From IMG/VR virus record IMGVR_UViG_3300020213_000018: a DNA stretch of 64,000 nt; one strand, written 5' to 3'. Shown here piece by piece: positions 59,848 to 64,000 of the stretch; the first letter of the stretch is position 1, and each line of letters starts with the position of its first letter. Below the pieces are notes generated by a model. That model searched no databases. It was not told the origin of the DNA and saw nothing but the letters and a program-made list of their open reading frames with translations. Made by a program: the position numbers and the translations under genes. The DNA is from an uncultured virus (IMG/VR IMGVR_UViG_3300020213_000018) (Duplodnaviria; Heunggongvirae; Uroviricota; Caudoviricetes).

Positions 59848-60402
59848 TTAACTTTTAGCAATTACCGCAAAGGCAACTAAAGCAACAGCACCAACGATAA
59901 CTAAAGGCATCATTGATTCCATTTTATTTTCAGATTTTTCCTTTACAGGTTTTGATACTTGTTTAGATTCTTCTGTTTTTGTTTCAACAACAGGAGTTTC
60001 AGGTTTTTTATCACCTTCAACATTACTTGTTTTGTTGCAACTACATTTTTTACCATCACATCCACTTGTTTCTTCACCGTCCGCTCCTGAACATCCACAA
60101 GCGTTTGATGATTCCTCACTACCGTCGGCAGATGATTCACAACCACAAGCACCCGATTTCTTTTCAGTAGCAATAGTAGTAGTAGTAGAAACAGGTTTAA
60201 TAGTTGATAACAATAAACTTCTGTAAGGCGTATTAATAGAAGCAAAGTCTGTAACAGCAGTTTCACCATGTTTTTTCATAACGTGGTGCATCTTACGAAT
60301 TAAGTCAGACATATTTGCTGCCTTTACTCCATACTTTGCCAAAATAACTTGCGCTTCATTTGGATTATTTGTGGCTATGTAATGTTCAATAGTAACTTTC
60401 AT
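59848..60402 (-). CDS. Tail-anchored protein with Cys-rich xADG repeats
   Basis: ACGCESSADG, ACGCSGADG, SGCDG, SNVEG; C-terminal TM. Confidence 0.8.
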   Translation of the reverse strand: MKVTIEHYIATNNPNEAQVILAKYGVKAANMSDLIRKMHHVMKKHGETAVTDFASINTPYRSLLLSTIKPVSTTTTIATEKKSGACGCESSADGSEESSNACGCSGADGEETSGCDGKKCSCNKTSNVEGDKKPETPVVETKTEESKQVSKPVKEKSENKMESMMPLVIVGAVALVAFAVIAKS

Positions 60403-60438
60403 TTTAAAATAGTTTTAATAATTTTGAACTTTTTTAAG

Positions 60439-60484
60439 AAAAAAAGGCAAGGTAAAGCGTATTTGCTTCAAGCCTTGCCTTTTT
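60439..60484 (-). terminator. Strong terminator downstream of the capsid candidate
   Basis: AAAAAAAGGCAAGG...CCTTGCCTTTTT. Confidence 0.85.
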
Positions 60485-60506
60485 ATAAAACGTTTACCTA
60501 ACGATA

Positions 60507-61262
60507 TTACCCACCAATCTGACGTACTTTCGGACGCATAGAACGTGGAGCAACGTACACAGGCATTGCAGCAACAGCTACACTTGGAGAAGCGTATTGT
60601 TGTAATGCGCCTTGACCGTTAAGGTTACGACTAATATTGGCTTTCTCAGCAGGGAACATTGTTATAACTACTGTTGTAGAACCCAATACGGTAAATTGTA
60701 GGTTAGTGTTACCATCAATTTTTACAGCATAAGGCACATCTAAAATTCCACTTTGGAATTGATTAGCTGAGAAATAAGACTGCGTGATTAATGGAATTTG
60801 GCACAATTGACCGTTAGCATCTTTCGATGTAATGGTGATAATTTGAGTTATCTGTGCTGTGTTTGTTGATTGAATACGAATCAACGACGTTTCAAACGGT
60901 TGTGATGCCGATTGTTGTAGTAACTCTAAATAACTTACGTTAGTTTGAGAAGGGATTACTGTAATACCTACTGCCGAACCGAAGTTTGGTGTCAATAGAA
61001 ATTGGTTCATACCAAAAAGTGTTGCTGTTAACGGAGTAACAGTTGAGTTGGTAATAGACACCTGATAAGGTGAAGGTTGTTTACGAGCAACAGGAGCAAC
61101 ACTTCCACCTTCTACTTCATAATAATCACCGTCAGCACCATAATCACCATCGAATCCTAAGTCAAGGTTTGTATTTCCCTCGAACTCAGAATCCCCATCG
61201 AAGCCACTAAATTGTGCTTCTGCTTGACGCAAATATGCGTCAATGTCGAAATTGTTTTTCAT
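60507..61262 (-). CDS. Putative major capsid protein (beta-rich, jelly-roll candidate) with acidic repeat leader
   Basis: Heads the structural arm, has its own terminator, ~160 aa mostly beta-strand pattern, basic C-terminal tail, paralog at 46940; fold is inferred. Confidence 0.6.
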   Translation of the reverse strand: MKNNFDIDAYLRQAEAQFSGFDGDSEFEGNTNLDLGFDGDYGADGDYYEVEGGSVAPVARKQPSPYQVSITNSTVTPLTATLFGMNQFLLTPNFGSAVGITVIPSQTNVSYLELLQQSASQPFETSLIRIQSTNTAQITQIITITSKDANGQLCQIPLITQSYFSANQFQSGILDVPYAVKIDGNTNLQFTVLGSTTVVITMFPAEKANISRNLNGQGALQQYASPSVAVAAMPVYVAPRSMRPKVRQIGG

Positions 61263-61449
61263 TTTCCTTAATTTTTAAGGTTATATTAAAATTTGCTGAA
61301 CTTCACCTCATCTACGCTAATAGGATTGCACAGTACCATAAACAATTTTTGGGGTGTTATTTTGCGGTCTTTTCCTTGACCATAACTTATTTTTGTTTGA
61401 TAAAAAAAACAAGTAAAAAAAATGGGTATGTAATATAATGTCTAATTAA

Positions 61450-61563
61450 TTACGCTTTCTTTTTGAAAGAGAAACCGTTAGGCATATTATCACGAATTAC
61501 TAATACCATACCTATTACAAGTACGGTTAAACCCACATTGATTAACACTTCTTTATTCATCAT
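61450..61563 (-). CDS. 37-aa single-TM protein (MMNKEVLINVGLTVLVIGMVLVIRDNMPNGFSFKKKA)
   Basis: Own translation; first gene of the minus arm. Confidence 0.7.
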   Translation of the reverse strand: MMNKEVLINVGLTVLVIGMVLVIRDNMPNGFSFKKKA

Positions 61564-61807
61564 AGCTTTAAATTTTTAAATGGTTAAATTATTGTACAAT
61601 ATTATTGAGTATTAAGATGTTAACCAAAAGTTTATCATAACCTATATTTTACGTCAGGATAGTAAACTAACATAGCTTTGTTAATTAATAATTGACTTAC
61701 GTAGTTGTTTTTTTAGTTAAATTTGGTTTTAATTAACGTGTATTTTTATTAAAAAAATAAATTTAGCTTGGTGTTTTTTATGAAAAAAACTAAAAAAATA
61801 TTATTAA

Positions 61808-62212
61808 ATGAAAAAAAAGATTGATTTTTTAATATACAATGAGTGTAAGAAATGGGTAAAAGATAATTTGTCCGCCAATAACATTAATACACGATATGAT
61901 TGGAATAAAATTAAAAATGAGTTACCTGAATTTGTGCCGAAAAATCCGAAATCATTTTACATAGATTGCGGTTGGAGTAATTGGGATGATTTTTTAGATA
62001 TAAAACAAGTATATTTACCTTATGATAAAGCTAAATTATGGGTACATAATAACTTAGATATGACTTCCATAAACACAATACACAAATGGAAAGTAAATAC
62101 TTGGCAGCTCCCTGAATTTATACCAAAAGTACCTGATAGTTTTTATAAAAATACAGGGTGGATTGATTGGAATTATTGGTTATTAAAAAAAAATAAATAT
62201 GAAAGAGTTTAA
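61808..62212 (+). CDS. Protein made of two integrase-repeat-like (P..P..FY...GW..W) units
   Basis: PKNPKSFYIDCGWSNWDDFL and PKVPDSFYKNTGWIDWNYWL. Confidence 0.7.
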   Translation: MKKKIDFLIYNECKKWVKDNLSANNINTRYDWNKIKNELPEFVPKNPKSFYIDCGWSNWDDFLDIKQVYLPYDKAKLWVHNNLDMTSINTIHKWKVNTWQLPEFIPKVPDSFYKNTGWIDWNYWLLKKNKYERV

Positions 62213-62936
62213 AAAATTAAAAAAATTTAAGGTTCTTGTATGTGTCCCTCACTACGACGGTAAGAATTATTGCTTCGATGATTTTTTAAGTCGTGTCACA
62301 AATTTGACTTACAAAAATTATGACATCCTAATAGCTGATAATTCTAAAAACAGAAAAAACAAAAAGAAAATTATGAAGTCGGGGGTTCAGTCTATTTATG
62401 TAAACCCAAAACAAAAAGACAATCGTCAGTACATAGCAGATACACATGAAGCGTTACGTGTAGCTGCTTTAATAGGTAATTACGACTTTATGTTACACTT
62501 AGAAAGTGACGTTTTTCCACCATTAGATATTATTGAGCGTTTATTATCTCATCAAAAAATGGTTGTTGCTGCACCTTACTTCATTAACTTCGGGCATGAT
62601 AGTCATTTGATGGTACAACATATAGAAGGTGAAGGTGATTTAGTAAGACATACGGTTAACGTTGGTGGTGGATACGATATTCTTTTGATGGATGGAAAAT
62701 TAAAAAAAGTTCATCACGCAGGATTAGGTTGTATATTAATTCATAAATCTGTTTTACAAAAAATTAATTTCAGATGGATGAAGGGATTGGATAGCCACCC
62801 TGATGCTGTGTTTGCTGCGGATTGCAATGCTCAACAAATTCCAATTTTTTTAGATACAAGCATCTCAAATGTAGAACATAGAAATTCATCATGGTCGGAA
62901 GTTACAGATTCGTTTGATTTACACTTAAGCCAATAA
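62199..62936 (+). CDS. GT-A fold glycosyltransferase
   Basis: IADNS, HLESDV, AGLGCILI, HPDAVF. Confidence 0.8.
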   Translation: MKEFKKLKKFKVLVCVPHYDGKNYCFDDFLSRVTNLTYKNYDILIADNSKNRKNKKKIMKSGVQSIYVNPKQKDNRQYIADTHEALRVAALIGNYDFMLHLESDVFPPLDIIERLLSHQKMVVAAPYFINFGHDSHLMVQHIEGEGDLVRHTVNVGGGYDILLMDGKLKKVHHAGLGCILIHKSVLQKINFRWMKGLDSHPDAVFAADCNAQQIPIFLDTSISNVEHRNSSWSEVTDSFDLHLSQ

Positions 62937-62948
62937 TTAAATTACAGA

Positions 62949-63155
62949 ATGAGAAATAAAATCATAAATATCTTATGTTCTGTGCTTAAATTTTTAGGAT
63001 TAAAATTTGAAATAACTCAATATCGTTGTGGTAGAAAATTATTTAAAGGTAAATACTATTATATATTCCCGAAAGGATTAATAATGGGATGCTTTTGGAG
63101 CGACCAACAAATAACTTCGTGCCTATCTGAAACTTTAGAAATAGAAGAATATTAA
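62949..63155 (+). CDS. Hypothetical protein
   Basis: 68 aa ORF between two GT genes. Confidence 0.5.
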   Translation: MRNKIINILCSVLKFLGLKFEITQYRCGRKLFKGKYYYIFPKGLIMGCFWSDQQITSCLSETLEIEEY

Positions 63156-63211
63156 ATATCGGGGTTTTACGCTCAAATAGATAAATTTTAAAAAAAACAT
63201 AAAAAAATTGC

Positions 63212-63841
63212 ATGAGTAAAATTTCAATAGTAATGCCATCGCATCTTAATCCATACGTGGGTTCAGCATCACAAAGACGAGAAAAATTCCGAAGAGCAGT
63301 ACAATCTTTCTTACAACAAACATACGTTAACAAAGAATTAGTAGTAGTTTCTGACGACTGTAATGCCACAGAAGAAATAATACAAAAACATTTTCTTTCA
63401 CCACCAAACATTAAATTACTAAGGGTAAGTAAACAGCCTTTATTTTCGGGTAATGTTCGTGAAGTAGGTTTGAGGGCTGCGACAGGTGAAATAATTTGTT
63501 ACCTTGATAGCGATGACACCATAGGAGAGAACCATCTCAGTAACATTGTAAATAATTTTAATACAGAATATTTTGATTGGGTATTCTTTGATGACAAGAT
63601 ACGTTATCACCACTTGGAACACCTACCACTTGCTGAACGTGAAGTAAGTTTAACTGCGGGTATGGCAGGAACTTCTTGTATAGCTCATAAAAACTTACCA
63701 AACATCTCTTGGGATGGTGCAAACGGATACGGACACGATTGGACTTTTATTTCAAGATTGATGGCTCAATTCCCACGTTATACTAAAATAATTGGCGGGG
63801 AATATATCGTGTGCCATATACCAAATACCTGCGATAGTTAA
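63212..63841 (+). CDS. GT2 family glycosyltransferase
   Basis: ISIVMP, AVQSFLQQTY..KELVVVSDD, YLDSDD, GHDW. Confidence 0.9.
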   Translation: MSKISIVMPSHLNPYVGSASQRREKFRRAVQSFLQQTYVNKELVVVSDDCNATEEIIQKHFLSPPNIKLLRVSKQPLFSGNVREVGLRAATGEIICYLDSDDTIGENHLSNIVNNFNTEYFDWVFFDDKIRYHHLEHLPLAEREVSLTAGMAGTSCIAHKNLPNISWDGANGYGHDWTFISRLMAQFPRYTKIIGGEYIVCHIPNTCDS

Positions 63842-63999
63842 GTTATCTCCGAAAGTAAATAACCTGTTTTATTTTGAATCCTTAAATTAGGGTTATTGTT
63901 CTTTTGTCGGGAGTATTCACCGATACGATTAAAAGCTATTTCTGTCCTATTACACAAGTTATCTAACTTTAATGTAATCTTATTATCAATAACCTTGCA
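63838..63999 (-). CDS. Partial ORF, 3' end only (...CKVIDNKITLKLDNLCNRTE...LSEIT)
   Basis: Open frame from the window edge to a stop at 63838. Confidence 0.45.
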   Translation of the reverse strand, partial: CKVIDNKITLKLDNLCNRTEIAFNRIGEYSRQKNNNPNLRIQNKTGYLLSEIT

Positions 64000-64000
64000 T

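Noticed and set aside
61808..62212. Integrase
   Set aside because: Only the short repeat units are present; there is no tyrosine-recombinase catalytic domain
1..64000. tRNA/rRNA genes, stop-codon recoding, reverse transcriptase (DGR/retron), terminase/portal/tail genes
   Set aside because: None recognised by eye; ORFs tile densely under the standard code. Absence applies only to this window and is not search-verified

Overview
This window is a very AT-rich segment of a large dsDNA virus, most likely infecting Bacteroidota. The host call rests on TAnnTTTG -7 promoter boxes, A-rich start regions without obvious Shine-Dalgarno sites, and NVGIG-type fibre motifs. All product calls come from motif recognition only; no searches were run. 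There are two arms that converge on a bidirectional terminator at ~29.45 kb. The plus arm (1-29.4 kb) carries early/accessory genes (Gp17-like, Fic-like, alpha-CTD, truncated PPDK-like, cyclic-phosphate receiver, RtcB), a non-autonomous IS200/IS605 tnpB element inserted in the last codons of rtcB, and a recombination/replication block (PD-(D/E)xK nuclease, RecT-like, initiator, HNH, glycosyltransferase). The minus arm (29.5-61.6 kb) carries a lysis cassette, fibres and a ~28 kb block that has no recognisable terminase, portal or tail genes. That block encodes about 25 single-pass membrane proteins, a beta-rich capsid candidate with an acidic repeat leader, a paralog of it with a beta-propeller inserted, several cell-wall enzymes and one HEXXH protease. 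Three recurring peptide signals run through the block: a [S/G/N]-x-[D/E]-G / [YF]SN motif, a [MFYH]xxGG delimiter in polyproteins that share terminal modules, and an ILG[ML]-TM-Lys tail. My main hypothesis, which is inference, is an undescribed large membrane-containing, jelly-roll-type virus with motif-directed proteolytic maturation and cargo packaging.
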